A stretch of DNA of 64,000 nucleotides from Lingula anatina (Eukaryota; Animalia; Brachiopoda). The notes beneath the pieces were generated by a model. The model was given only the letters and a program-made list of their open reading frames with translations, was not told the origin of the DNA and made no database searches. The translations under genes were made by a program, and so were the position numbers. This document shows positions 39,053-51,623 of the stretch, piece by piece. How positions within the stretch are numbered: the stretch's first letter is position 1; each line of letters begins with the position of its first letter. The stretch is from positions 22,320,001 to 22,384,000 of the forward strand of contig CM120645.1 in NCBI GenBank assembly GCA_051362555.1. Reading direction: 5' to 3'.

Positions 39053-40125
39053 TTAGTGCTAGGTGAGAGACTGTGTGGAAGACACGGACGGGTACTAACA
39101 GCATGGGATGTGGCCTTGGCATGCTGGATATGACACAACGCAAGATAGAACGAGTGTGTGAGAACAGGAGGCCTCCTCATAGCGTGTGCCTGTGAGTGTG
39201 TGTGTACGAGAGAGAGAGAGAGAGAGAGAGGGAGCGAGAGAGAAGGGGGGAGAGATGGGGGCGCCTTGGACAGTATGACCGACAACTGGACCTAAGTTAT
39301 ATATACAGAGCACTGACCATCTCAAATCATCTGTGTATTCAATGAGTAGTGTGAAATGCATATAATTAAGGTCAGGCGATATGACCTCTAGTAGTTGATG
39401 TAGAATAAATAATGTAAAATAAATAACTAAAACGGAATAAAAAAGAGGCCGACCCATCCTCACTAAGCTATACCTTAATCACACATCCTTTGTTTATGTC
39501 CCATTGCCAATTAATATTCAGAGCAGGACAACGCGTAGGTTTTTAATGTGCCCTACTTTCTAATAGTGTAGACAGAGTGTAAATACAAGTATTTAGTTGA
39601 AGGAACATACGAAACGAAGTCTTAGTTTCCTGATTTCTTCAAAGCCTATGTTTTACCCTTCAATAAAGCATACCTTAATGATAGTGTTTATACGGTATAA
39701 AAGCCTCATTAAGTTTGCTTCGGGTATCATTTTATCAGAGATGATGACAGGCTGGGGTCCAACTCACTTTATGATATAGGAAGTAAGCCTGGGAGAGCTG
39801 TCATCCTTTTGCAATGATTAAGCTGTTTAAGACATTTCACCTAACTCATAAGATTTATAGTAAAAGCTGAATCGACATTATAATGAAATTAATTTAACAA
39901 TCTAACATCCATCAAGTTAATCTGAATGCTGTAATCCATTAATTACACGCTTCGTCCGATTACATCTTGTTAAAGACGAACGCAGGGTGCCAGATAGACA
40001 ACGGTATGCCGAAGACTTTTAGGGTCTGTATATGACAGCGCAGTAGGATTTCCGTTCATCGTGACGTGCGAATATTGTCTTCTGGTGTTGAATCAGTACT
40101 GCACGCGCAGTGACAAATATATTAA

Positions 40126-40462
40126 AGGCATAATAACTCTTTGTATGAGACCTATATTTCACAATAAAAACCTTGTGAATAACTCATAGAAATATAATAT
40201 ATTCTGTTTTACCACAAAAACAGCAGTTATAGCTTTTATTCTGATATTTGAACTTGTCTTTAGACCACGTGACCTCCATTGATGTCTATACTCTGTTAAA
40301 ATCTCTTAAGAGATTTTAACAAAAAACCAAACTTTTTAGAAAAAAACCAGGGACTAACTTTGAATGTAAAAATGGATTCATTAACCATTGGTAAGTATGG
40401 GAAAATTGTTGTTTACTCCAGGAAAATTCATTTTTTAGCCGAAACGAAGAGTTATTATTGCT
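40126..40462. mobile_element. Kolobok-like MITE (TTAA TSD); related pieces at about 52071-52220, 55320-55435 and 55950-56199
   Basis: ttaa|AGGCATAATAACTCTT...AAGAGTTATTATTGCT|ttaa; internal sequence recurs further downstream. Confidence 0.65.
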
Positions 40463-41547
40463 TTAAATGTTATTTTTATTTTTGGTAATATAGATTCAAA
40501 CGCATGATCCTTACTTCAAACTAACCTGGAAGAAGTCATAAGCAGCTAATATATCAGGTTCATTACAGCAGTCCACAATGCCGCAGTGGAAATGTATGAC
40601 ATTTATATGAATTTTTGTCAAATGATGATTTTATCATATTTTTAGATTGTCCCTTTAATATATTAGCCACAAAGTAAAAGAAATGATCATTTCTGCGGTC
40701 ATCTTTCTCATATTTCCTTACTTTAATCGCACGTACACAGAGGTGAGTAATGTCCAACCGAATGATTTGTGTATACGAAATGAAATCCAAGTCCACGTTT
40801 TATTCATAAGATAACTGATAACAATGATATTAATGCTGTTGTCGTCACGGCTTTTCTCGCCCGCACCCAGGTCTAGCACAGTTCAAACTGGGCTTGATAT
40901 TAATACAGAAATGTTATGTGCCCGATATTTAGATAAATACTGTAAGTGTTGACTATATAATACTGTGTGACCATATGCTGCTTTTACTGATGAAAAGTTA
41001 GAATGTGTAACACCAAAATAGTAACCTAGTGCCACCGGCGCCTTATTCATATTTATACCATACATTTGCGGTAAATTCAAAATATTTGACCCAAGAAACG
41101 ATGGCTTTGTATCTGCTAGATGTACCTCTCTTTGGCAAATAGACACGTTAAATCCCCCTTCCCCCCCCCCCCCCTTATTCCCGGCGGACTCCTAACGTTA
41201 ATCCTAATAGAGACACCACTGGTGAATAATACGACGTCATCAGGTGACTTAACACCTTCTAAACTCACCTTGACTGTAGATTTTCCCTTGAATTGTTTTG
41301 CAGTTATAGTCCTCTCTGTGTCTAAGTTGGAACAATTCTCTCTGCAGTGATTACCCGTTGTTTCTGAGACAAATGATGACATCTAAATATTCCCACGGAT
41401 TTGTCATCATGATGAAAACCAAAACAGGTCGTCAGTGCAGCTCTACGCCCTACAGTAATGAGCCGTTAACTTCGCAGTGATACATACAGGTTTATGTTAC
41501 CAAGCCTGACTGTCCTTAGTCTCAGCATTGCTCTCTGTCTCTCTACC

Positions 41548-41588
<41 letters not shown>

Positions 41589-42499
41589 TGAGTTATTAGA
41601 TGAGTGTAGCAGTATGTATGTATGGTCTCGAAATAATTGACACGGATTTTAGTCGTTCTCCCTCGGCCTACACAAGAAGACTAGCCTGCAGACATCCTAT
41701 CTTACCTGAAGGTGAAATTATACATATTGCCACTGCTGACGGCAGCTGATTCACCAAAAGTAAAAATATATACAGACTGAGTGTAAATGGCAGACGCACA
41801 GCGCAGCTTCCTGGGAGATGATCACAGCAACAATATAACACCCCAAATGTTGCATTAGTCAGTGGTAATCAACCTACACCGCAAAAAAAAGTTTGTGAGA
41901 TTTTTTGTCAAAGATTAAAAAAATTGCTAAGCAGATGACGCTCTACATGTCCTCGGCCCATTTAGAGAGACACTCGAGTGTCGGATGTTATGAGTATGTT
42001 GTTTTAATAGGGCGAGTGATGAATGGTTCGCCGGCTGTGATTCACCTATGCAAGCCTCGCGGCATGTCGTAAGTGTCGTCTGCTTTTTTAACCACGTGAT
42101 CAGTTTAGACAGACCGTTAAACTATTTCCAGGCGTTTTTCATTGTGTTAGTAATAAATGATGATTAGTGTCTGGTTTATGCAGTCTCTAGTATATCTTTC
42201 AAACTTGGCATTAGTCAACGTTTATCAAAAAAAAAAAAAAAAAGACTCGATCCCCACACTTCTCTTCACGTCGATTCTTGCTTATTTTGTATTATTTCTC
42301 GTATAATGTCACGTGATACAGACAGCCTTGATTCATACTTTTCCGATGATTTCCAACAAGAAACCGCTGTAAAAATGACTAGCACATAACCATGATTCCT
42401 GCATCATATGTGTTTATTACACCAGGATATTCATATAAGTAGCTTATGTGTTATATTGCTTAAAACTCCTACCCCCTTTTTAAATTTCTTTTAAGAATT

Positions 42500-42594
42500 A
42501 TTAACAAACTGATAAGTGTGTAACAATCGACAGTCGCAACATTCCGTCGTATACTTGAAAAAGGCCATACTTTCTGCCCTCTCTCTGGACGAAG
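42500..42594 (-). pseudogene. 3' fragment of the methyltransferase family
   Basis: Matches 44450-44543; reads FVQREGRKYGLFQVYDGMLRLSIVTHL. Confidence 0.75.
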
Positions 42595-42898
42595 GCGTAA
42601 ACAAATATTACTTTTAGGTGCAAAAATCGTTTATTTGGACTCACCGCTTAAGTAAAACTTTTTAACGTCCGACACTTCCTAGGCATTGTAGGCTTCGGTC
42701 ACTTTAAAAGAGTATGTGGCCAATTTTTTTTTTTTTACCGTAAAGGTAGGCGTAAACAAATATTACTTTTAGGTGCAAAAATCGTTTATTTGGACTCACC
42801 GCTTAAGTAAAACTTTTTAACGTCCGACACTTCCTAGGCATTGTAGGCTTCGGTCACTTTAAAAGAGTATGTGGCCAATTTTTTTTTTTTTTTTTACC
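42593..42898. repeat. Near-identical tandem duplication, period 155 bp
   Basis: 42593-42738 and 42748-42898 differ only in poly-T length. Confidence 0.9.
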
Positions 42899-44431
42899 TC
42901 GTAGTAACTTTTTTCTTAAATTGACGGGGGGCCAACTTACCCTGAGGTCCAACCAGCCCCGGTCTCCCTACGTACATGGTAACATTCTGGGTCAAAGACT
43001 AGCTGAACTGATTTGCTAGTGGTGGAGTTGTCAAAAACTCCTCCACTTAATTAACACAGTTAAGTACTGTTATAACAGTTTCCTTCCAACGCCAAGCCGT
43101 CTGTTTGACAAGAAAGGTAGTCCGCAAGAGCAGTATTTCACTCCCCATTACTTCATACAGGTTGCATATGCTAACCCCTATGGTTAATTAACCCTAACCC
43201 AGCTATCACGGAACGCTTTGATAACGTTACCACAGCGTTATGTATTGGATAGCCCATCAGCAAACATGACGACAGTGCTATTTTAACGTTCTACACTGTC
43301 ATTGCTCCGAGAAACGTTGCCTAATTTCAAACTATGAGTTGGGGTTACTTATATTTATTTGAAGTCTAAAATCATTTTAAAATGACCAGTGGACTTTACA
43401 AGTGTAAATTCACAAAGTAAGATAGATGAAATCAAACAAAATAAACATCTTACTTAATAGACAAATACACTGGTGCTATACAGTACAGGGCCATATGCCC
43501 CTACTTATTTTACATATTTTAAATGTCCTCTACGAGTTCTCTAAATGATATTGTGTAACGTTTCCAAAATCGTTTAAAAAAAATAAGAAAATTTCCTAGA
43601 AAACGTCTTTAGTTTGCTAAACATCATTTCTAATGTTTACATAAACTTAACGTTCCATCAACGTTCTTAGAACATTCTTTTGTAAGGACTTTCATTCCTA
43701 GTGCTACCATTTTGTCACACAAGATTCACTGAAGCCCACTTCATTGAATGCCATTTGGTTCGTAAGACCATTTGGTCCTAAAATGGCTTAAGCTGCTGTA
43801 GCTTGGTGGAAGTCAACTTACACTTGTTGCATGACCAACTTCAATTGTGAACTAGAAAGTAAACTTGCATACAACAGAAATGGGAGATGTGTCACAAGAA
43901 GGAGTCACATTTTATTCATATAATGTTTTGACCCAGTCTGGTTTGAAAGTTCTAATTGTGACTGTTTTAATGCCAATGTAAATTAAATAAAAAGTCCATC
44001 ATGTGAACTGAATAAGATATCATTGAAAATGATAACGTTTATCAATATGAGCGTCGAGATGCCCTAATATCCCAGATCACGTGTTCTTTATAATTTCACA
44101 TTACATTGTACAGTACGGCGTTTTACTCCATGTACAAACTTTGAACAATGTGAAATATATTTTAAAATGTACCATCATAATAGTGGTATCATGTATTTGA
44201 GAAAAATGCACAACAAATTAAAGAATTATTTTGAGCATTTGTTTTGATAATGATTTCCATAGAAAAAATATACAAAACAGCAAGATTAAGCACAACAGGA
44301 TAAAACAAAAGATGTATCCCATGTGACCAGTACACCATGTAATGTGTCGTTGGTTTCCTGATTAAGAATAAGAATAACCCTAACTTTGTTACTTTTACAG
44401 TTCTTTCTTTAAAATAGTCCTTAGAATAGTC

Positions 44432-45556
44432 CTAATCAGCTTTGACTTTCTTAACAGTGATTAAGTGTGTAACATTTGACATCCGCCACATTCCGTCTGC
44501 TTCTTCGGAAAGGCCATACTTCCTACCCTCTCTCTGGACGAAGTCCATGCAAAATGACAACACACTAGAGTCAAATTTAAAAGCGTCATCTGCCCAACCA
44601 TGGAAATAGATGGCCAGGACCGAAGCACCGACCTCTGCCAGCGATGGAAGCACGAAATCACACCTCATCTCCTGGTGCCATATCAAAGCTTTAAAGGTTG
44701 GAAATGATTCGTTCAGAATATCGGCAATTTCCCCTTGAATAAGCAAAGAACTTCTAGCCTCCGCGACCTTCGTTAGGTTTACGGCTTCATTAGGAAAACG
44801 AGCTTTAAAACAGTGCACAGCGGTGTTCCAAATGTATGCGTTGTCCCCACTATTAAACTGTATTAATATCATCCCCCCAGGCTTGAGGATGGTATACATG
44901 GCAAAGACAGCTCGTTTGATGTCTTCGTGAGGGTTACAGCAATCATCCAACCAACGTGTAAGATGATACATGGAATGTAAAGCAAGCACCCTGTCCTGTT
45001 GTTCTTCAGGATACGCTCGAACGGACTTCAGATCTTCCACGGACTTCCCGAAGTAATCCTGGAACCGTCCAGAATAAGCCACATCCAGCTTAACATTTTC
45101 CAGGTTCTCAACGCATTCCTTGTACTTCGTCAGGGACTCTACATGAGGTTCTTCCACGCTGACGATTACATCTTTGTTGAGGGCTTGGAGTGTTTTACAA
45201 ATGGCTGACATGGGGATTCCTGTACCTCCCCCAAAATCCATTATTCGTGCGGGTGAAGGAAGTCCTGATAGGTTCAGGATGTTCTCGCGAATGGTATCAA
45301 AGTCCGTTAAGCTGCGTTTCTTACCTTCATCCTCTCTGAAAAGTGATATAATAAGGACTTGAAATACTTGATGAATGAAAAAGATTAACAAATGACAAAT
45401 GATTAGCTGCTTTTTACTGGATTACACCTACCCGTTTTCGATAATAGTTACACATTTGTAATACGCTTCAGCGTTATCCAAGGAGCTGAACTCTTCTTCC
45501 AATCTACGCCGCATCTCCTGTTCATCTCGAATTTTCGTCTGGTAGCTTGCTGCCAT
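44432..45556 (-). CDS. Class I SAM-dependent methyltransferase, histamine N-methyltransferase-like, copy A (intact, 342 aa)
   Basis: Exons 45556-45432 and 45335-44432 (phase 2, GT-AG); motifs RIMDFGGGTG, VSVEEP, DRVLALHSMYH, ILKPGGMILI. Confidence 0.85.
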
Positions 45557-46507
45557 TGGAAATACTGTGAACTGACTGATAATTCTTCCAAAATATGCAT
45601 ATACTGGGATACACACTTCAAAATTCAAGTTCTAACCCAGCTTTTATTAACGTCTACTCAATTCAACAAGTGAAAGGCAACCTATGACAGCCCGCATTGC
45701 AGACGATATCCTGAAACAATTTCATTCCATGTATTTCCTGTATTTTTGTGGTGGCACCCGCATGAAAGCGCAGTAGATGCTGCAGCACAGTTGACCTACT
45801 TCACACTGACACCAAGCCTCAAAACCTTTAAGGGACAGTTGAGGTATATACTCCCCAGATGTATCATTCTTCTATAACCATGGTTCACAAAATCTCAGTA
45901 GAAATTAGGCATAACGCTTCACCGCAGTAGTACATTACCACATTTGATTATATAACATTATCTTGTGTGACCTATATTTGCAAGAGACCTTGTCTCATTA
46001 ATTCTAAATTACCATGCGTATAAATAGTTTCTTTACGTGATCTGCATTATAATACATTCTGTAACATGTAATGCGGGTAACGTAACTGCTGCATAACTGG
46101 GGTTATGCGTTTAAGGTTCATAACAAGGGAGAATACAGCAACGCATACAAATTACCACTACCGGTTTCTTACACAACACAAATAAAACCCACCGGCCGAT
46201 TTCATAAAGGAGGTTTAACTAAACCTAGTTTAAGGCTAAAACCTAGTCTAGCAAAACCTGGTCTAACTCAAGACCTAAATTGCATTTCACTAACAGTGTA
46301 GGAAAGCCAGAAAACCAGGTTTAGCTAAACCAGTTTTAACTTGTCCTTGACCTCCTGTTGAATGTAACAGGATTACATAGACAAAGAAATCACTGAACTG
46401 TGTCAATCAGGTAGGCGTAAATGAATAGATGACACACACTAGCGTTGAAGCAGATAAGCTGTGTAGCTCATATGAAAAAAACTTTGGAAGTAAAGAGCAC
46501 GTGAAAA

Positions 46508-46792
46508 TGAGCCGAAAGAGAGCGGAGAATTTTTCTGCTGAAGAGAAGGGATTCACCTCAGGACTAATAAAGGAGAAGTCCAACATCACTGAATCAAAGA
46601 AAAATGATGTCACATCAAGTCAAAGAAAAATGAGGCGTGGAAAGAAATTCTAACAAGATTGGCAGCACATTTTCCACAAGCCGGAAAAAGAACTGAAAGG
46701 CAGGTGAAAGACTTCTGGAAACGAGCGAAAATAAAAGCTAAGAAAGAATTTGCAAATGTTAAAAAAGCTGCAAAAAGACTGGAGGGGGGCCA
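46508..46792 (+). pseudogene. Frameshifted Myb/SANT-like DNA-binding domain (Harbinger accessory protein)
   Basis: MSRKRAENFSAEEK...LIKEKSNITESKKND / KNEAWKEIL / RTERQVKDFWKRAKIKAKKEFANVKKAAKKTGGG across frames. Confidence 0.75.
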
Positions 46793-47094
46793 AAAGAGGT
46801 TGAATTAAGTCAAGAAAATCAAGCATTGATAGATTTTTTTCCAAGCTACAGAGTTAAACCTGGGTCTGACCAGGTTTATTTTTAAACTTGGTCTGAGTCC
46901 ATAATCCGGGTATCAAAATCTTAGACCTCAATTATGAAACGCAAACCTGTCTACACCAGGTTTAGAATGATGTTAAGCCAGGTTTTACTAGACCACTGGT
47001 CCAATACTAAAACCTCCTTTATGAAATGCAGGCAATCCCTAAACCTGGTGTTAACTCACTTTAGACCAGGTTTAACTTTAAACCTCCTTTATGA

Positions 47095-47370
47095 TGTAGC
47101 ACACTGAATATTTTGGTATTTTTACAAACTAATAATATCTGCTGAAGTCTACCTGGACACCTGAAGTAAGTAACTCTAACACAAGTGAACAATAACTAAC
47201 TACTGCACTACCTGTGCAGCTCTTTATTATAGTACCAGTTATGCAAATGACCCAATGCTACAAGTCCAATAAATATGATTGGCTAGTTTACCACTGCATA
47301 ACCACTGCAATGCAACACCCTACCATAATTGTTTGAGATGTTATCACATAGCCATTATGTAAGTTCTACA
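47095..47370 (-). repeat. 3' LTR
   Basis: Identical by eye to 51348-51623; preceded on the minus strand by the PPT GGGGGGAGG at about 47373-47381. Confidence 0.97.
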
Positions 47371-47428
47371 TACCTCCCCCCAGAACATTGAAAACATTTA
47401 CTAAAATTAAATTAATAAAATCAATTGT

Positions 47429-50400
47429 TCAAAATCTTTCCGGCTTTTTAACTATTCTACCGGAACGTGTTTTAATTAAAGAAGGTGAAAGACATGTCTC
47501 TGGTTTTGTTTGTGGATTCACTGTCTGATTGTGCACTGAAACCGGATTGCTATAAGCTGGTTTAAGTCTGTCAACCGAGACACGAATTGTTTGTCCATTC
47601 CTTAAAATATCAAAATATTTGTCGGAACGTGAAATGATAAGGTAAGGACCATCATATGGTCTAATCAATGTACCTCGATGAGCATCATGTCTTACATATA
47701 CATGTTCAGCTTGTTGTAAGTCAAACGGCACATATGTACCAATCTGCCCATGTCTAGATGGAGGAGCAGGAGCCAATTTCTGCATTGTTTGTTGAAGTTC
47801 TTGCACAAATTCATTGTTAGGAAAAAATTTGTCATCAGTTGTGTTCGGAATAAAGTCACCAGGTACTCTTAAATTTGTACCATAGGTAAGAAGTGCTGGT
47901 GATGCATCAATGTCCTCTTTCCATGTTGACCGGATACCAAGTAATACAATTGGTAACTGGTCCATCCATCTTGCATTGTCTAAACGTGTTTTGAGGGCTT
48001 CTTTCAATCTGCGATGAAATCTTTCAACCATGCCATTGGATTGTGGATGATAGGCTGTTGTTGTGTTAGGTTGAATGCCAAGCACCTTGTTAAGCTCACG
48101 CCAAAGTTCACTTGTAAATTGTCTACCTTGATCTGATGTGATGGAGTCTGGAACACCAAACCTTGATATCCATGAGCATAAAAGAGCTTTGGCACAAGTA
48201 ACTGCTTCTGCATTCGGTAAAGGTACAGCTTCTGGCCACCTTGTAAACCTGTCAACAATTGTCAGAAGATATTTGTTATTTTCTGAAGGAGGAAGAGGTC
48301 CAACCAAATCAACATGAATATCACCAAATCGTCTATCTGGTGGATCAAAGGTGGTTAACGGTGCTCTAGTGTGACGTCCAATTTTACTTGTTTGACAGGC
48401 ATGACAAGATTTTACCCAATTACGAATGTCTTTTTTGAGTCCAGGCCAGACATAACGACTTGAAATGGCACGGATTGTTGGTTTTGTTCCAGGATGACAA
48501 AGATTGTGTATTGCCTCAAAAATGATCCTCGTCATTGAAGGTGGAACTACTGGCCGAGGTCGACTGGTAGTTGTATCACAGAGAAGTTTAACCTCACCAA
48601 AGTTGACTTCCTTTAACTTCAAAGATCCTGGATTGGCGCACAGTTCAACCATCTTAGTGTCAGTCTTTTGTGATGCTGCTAACTGTGTAAGGTCAATTGT
48701 CGGCATTGTAGCTGTGGAGGCAATAAGTGGCTCATCAGTTTCCACTGGGGCTCTGGACAGAGTGTCTGGGACAATGTTATCAGTTCCACTGATATGTCGT
48801 ATATCAGTTGTAAATTCAGCAATAAATGATAATTGTCTCTCTTGACGTGGTGATCTGTCAGATGTACTCTTGAACGCAAAAGTGAGAGGTTTATGATCAG
48901 TAAAAATGGTGAATGGTCTTCCCTCCAAAAAATATCTGAAATGGCGGATGGTACTGTAAATTGCCAAAAGCTCACGGTCAAAAGTGGAGTATCGTTTCTG
49001 GGTAGGTGTGAGTTTTCTAGAAAAGAAAGCAATAGGTTTCCACTTCCCTGATTGAAACTGAGAAAGTTCTGCTCCTATTGCGGCGTCAGAAGCGTCCACT
49101 GATATCTTGGTTGCTGCCTGTGGTTCAGGGTGATGAAGCATAGTTGCAGAAGCAAGAGCCATTTTTGCATCCTGAAATGCTAATTGGCATTCAGGGGTCC
49201 ACTGCAAAGTCTTGGCTCTGCCCTTGGTAGCTTCAGTAAGAGGTATTATTCGATGTGCGATTCCAGGAAGAAAACGATGGTAGAAATTCAGCATTCCCAG
49301 AAATCTTTGAAGGCCTTTTTTATCTTTGGGTGATGGAAAATCTGCTACTGCTTTCACTTTTTCTGCAAGTGGTTGAACTCCAGCTGCAGACACTGAATGA
49401 CCTAGAAATTCAACGTCAGATTGTCCAAATACACACTTTTTCTTGTTAATAACAAGTCCATTTGTCCTTAACAGGTTGAAAACTGCTTTAAGATCCTCCT
49501 CATGTTGTTCAGGTGTGGAACTTGCTATTAAAATGTCATCAAGATACACAAAACAACAGTCAAGTTCCTGTAGAATGCCATCCATTAATCTTTGGAACGC
49601 CTGTGCTGCATTTTTAAGCCCAAAAGGCATTTTAAGGAACTCATAAAGTCCAAAAGGTGTGATGACTGCAGTCTTAGGAATATCATGTTTGGCAACTGGT
49701 ATCTGGTGATATCCCCGAATCAAATCGATCTTAGAGAATATTGTCTTTCCATTGAGTGATGAATTGAGATCTTGTATATGAGGTAGAGGATAACGATCGT
49801 CTATGGTGATGTCATTAAGTCGACGATAATCTCCACAAGGTCTCCAGCCACCATTGTTTTTCTTCACTATATGTAGAGGAGATGACCATGGTGAAGAGGA
49901 AAGACGCACTATCCCCAGATTCTCCATTTCCTTGAATTCCATTTTTGCTGCAGTGAGCTTTTCTTGGTCAAGACGACGTACTCTGGCTTTAACTGGAGAT
50001 CCAACGGTTGGGATGTGATGTTCTACTCCGTGTTTATTTTCCTTAAAGGATGACACTAAGAGCTCCGGGTAGTGTTCTAATACTGCTTCGTATCTTGTGT
50101 GAACTTTGTGAATCCCTTGTTGCTGAGATCTAGTGAGGTGAGCATGAATGACCGTTTTTCCATCCAATGAGATTAACTTTCTGTTGGAAAGGTCAATGGC
50201 CAAACGATGAGTAGTGAAAAAGTCAGCACCTAGAATGGGTTGTGTGACGTCAGCTACCCAGAATTCTTGAGTGAATTTTGTTCCTTTCCCTAGTTTTAAA
50301 ATCATCTTCCTTTTTCCGTAAGTAGGTATTTTTGTTCCATTTGCTGCAATAAGACTTGGGCCACTGGTTCGTTGTCGGTCAAATCGGTTAGCAGGAAAAA

Positions 50401-50548
50401 CGGATTCTTCTGCTCCTGTATCTACAAGGAAAGTGCGCCCAGTGACAATATCAGAAACGGTGATTGTCCCCATATTGATCGTAGAAATTTGTGGAGCATC
50501 AGATAGACCAGCAGTGCTCACTAATTTCTGCTGGCTTTGTCGTTTCCC
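47429..50548 (-). CDS. pol: Pol polyprotein (protease, reverse transcriptase, RNase H, integrase)
   Basis: FLVDTGA, YLDD, VDASD...RELLA...TDHKPL, HHCC Zn finger, HVDLVGPLP...SDQG...NGMVERFHR, RPYDGPY; uninterrupted ORF. Confidence 0.97.
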   Translation of the reverse strand, partial: GKRQSQQKLVSTAGLSDAPQISTINMGTITVSDIVTGRTFLVDTGAEESVFPANRFDRQRTSGPSLIAANGTKIPTYGKRKMILKLGKGTKFTQEFWVADVTQPILGADFFTTHRLAIDLSNRKLISLDGKTVIHAHLTRSQQQGIHKVHTRYEAVLEHYPELLVSSFKENKHGVEHHIPTVGSPVKARVRRLDQEKLTAAKMEFKEMENLGIVRLSSSPWSSPLHIVKKNNGGWRPCGDYRRLNDITIDDRYPLPHIQDLNSSLNGKTIFSKIDLIRGYHQIPVAKHDIPKTAVITPFGLYEFLKMPFGLKNAAQAFQRLMDGILQELDCCFVYLDDILIASSTPEQHEEDLKAVFNLLRTNGLVINKKKCVFGQSDVEFLGHSVSAAGVQPLAEKVKAVADFPSPKDKKGLQRFLGMLNFYHRFLPGIAHRIIPLTEATKGRAKTLQWTPECQLAFQDAKMALASATMLHHPEPQAATKISVDASDAAIGAELSQFQSGKWKPIAFFSRKLTPTQKRYSTFDRELLAIYSTIRHFRYFLEGRPFTIFTDHKPLTFAFKSTSDRSPRQERQLSFIAEFTTDIRHISGTDNIVPDTLSRAPVETDEPLIASTATMPTIDLTQLAASQKTDTKMVELCANPGSLKLKEVNFGEVKLLCDTTTSRPRPVVPPSMTRIIFEAIHNLCHPGTKPTIRAISSRYVWPGLKKDIRNWVKSCHACQTSKIGRHTRAPLTTFDPPDRRFGDIHVDLVGPLPPSENNKYLLTIVDRFTRWPEAVPLPNAEAVTCAKALLCSWISRFGVPDSITSDQGRQFTSELWRELNKVLGIQPNTTTAYHPQSNGMVERFHRRLKEALKTRLDNARWMDQLPIVLLGIRSTWKEDIDASPALLTYGTNLRVPGDFIPNTTDDKFFPNNEFVQELQQTMQKLAPAPPSRHGQIGTYVPFDLQQAEHVYVRHDAHRGTLIRPYDGPYLIISRSDKYFDILRNGQTIRVSVDRLKPAYSNPVSVHNQTVNPQTKPETCLSPSLIKTRSGRIVKKPERF

Positions 50549-51326
50549 TGTTGTCTTCGTGTAGACATTGGACAAGGACAGCCATCAATGATTTGTTCAC
50601 ATTTCCTGGCTTTATGTCCGAACCATGAATGATATTTACATAATTTGAACTTGATAGTGCCAGTGCGTTGGTTCTGAGATTTCATGGCGTTTATTTCTGT
50701 ATCAGTTATTGTTGTAAGATTTTCTTCAGGCATGTGGTAGTCACAGAAATTGAAGAAGGGGCAAGAGGGTCTACTTCTAAAATCCGATCAGCCATTTTAG
50801 CTAAGGTGTCAAGATCAACTTCTGGTGATTGTGCAAGAATCCGTCTCACTTCTGTTGGCATCTGATTGATGAATAATGTGCGAAAAAGTGTGCTTGGATC
50901 TGCATTTAAAGAGCGCATATGCATCAATAGTTCCGTAGGTCGTTTGTCTCCTAGACCATTTATATTAAGTAATGCTGTATCCTTTTGGTATTGTGTGGCT
51001 TCATAGGCTTCTAACAGTGCATGCTTTATTGCTTCATACTTTCCTGTCTGAGGTGGTCTCTCAATTACTGACTGAACACGTCTGGAGGTTGATGAGTCCA
51101 GGAGTTGCACTACATGATGAAATTTAGTCAAGTCATTTGTAATGGCTGGCTGGTGTGTTGCAAAGGATGATTCCAGACGTAAAAACCAAGCAGATGCGTT
51201 TGTGTTCCAAAATGGTGGTGCTTTAAATGAAACAGCTGATATTGTTTGCACTGTAGAACCTTGATATATGTCCAGGGTTTGTTGTCTGATAGCATCTGCC
51301 AGCTGTTTAATTCCATCTGAATCCAT
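50521..51326 (-). CDS. gag: Gag, split by one frameshift near 50733-50790
   Basis: KAPPFW...WFLRLE...LGDKRPTELL (51326-50706) and LCKYHSWFGHKARKC...C (50733-50521) in an adjacent frame. Confidence 0.85.
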
Positions 51327-51329
51327 TGC

Positions 51330-51346
51330 TCACGTCGGGGTCACCA
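51330..51346 (-). promoter_or_regulatory. Primer-binding site complementary to tRNA-Trp
   Basis: TGGTGACCCCGACGTGA, 1 nt after the 5' LTR; same as the known tRNA-Trp PBS. Confidence 0.92.
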
Positions 51347-51347
51347 A

Positions 51348-51623
51348 TGTAGCACACTGAATATTTTGGTATTTTTACAAACTAATAATATCTGCTGAAG
51401 TCTACCTGGACACCTGAAGTAAGTAACTCTAACACAAGTGAACAATAACTAACTACTGCACTACCTGTGCAGCTCTTTATTATAGTACCAGTTATGCAAA
51501 TGACCCAATGCTACAAGTCCAATAAATATGATTGGCTAGTTTACCACTGCATAACCACTGCAATGCAACACCCTACCATAATTGTTTGAGATGTTATCAC
51601 ATAGCCATTATGTAAGTTCTACA
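51348..51623 (-). repeat. 5' LTR
   Basis: Identical by eye to 47095-47370. Confidence 0.97.

Larger units (their letters stand above)
47095..51623 (-). mobile_element. Full-length Ty3/Gypsy LTR retrotransposon, CsRn1/Boudicca-like clade
   Basis: Two 276-bp LTRs (TGTAG...CTACA), 4-bp TSD ATGA, tRNA-Trp PBS, PPT, gag and pol in PR-RT-RH-IN order, CHCC-type Gag knuckle. Confidence 0.97.

Noticed and set aside
47371-47428. env-like third ORF in the LTR element
   Set aside because: Only about 60 bp separate the pol stop from the 3' LTR
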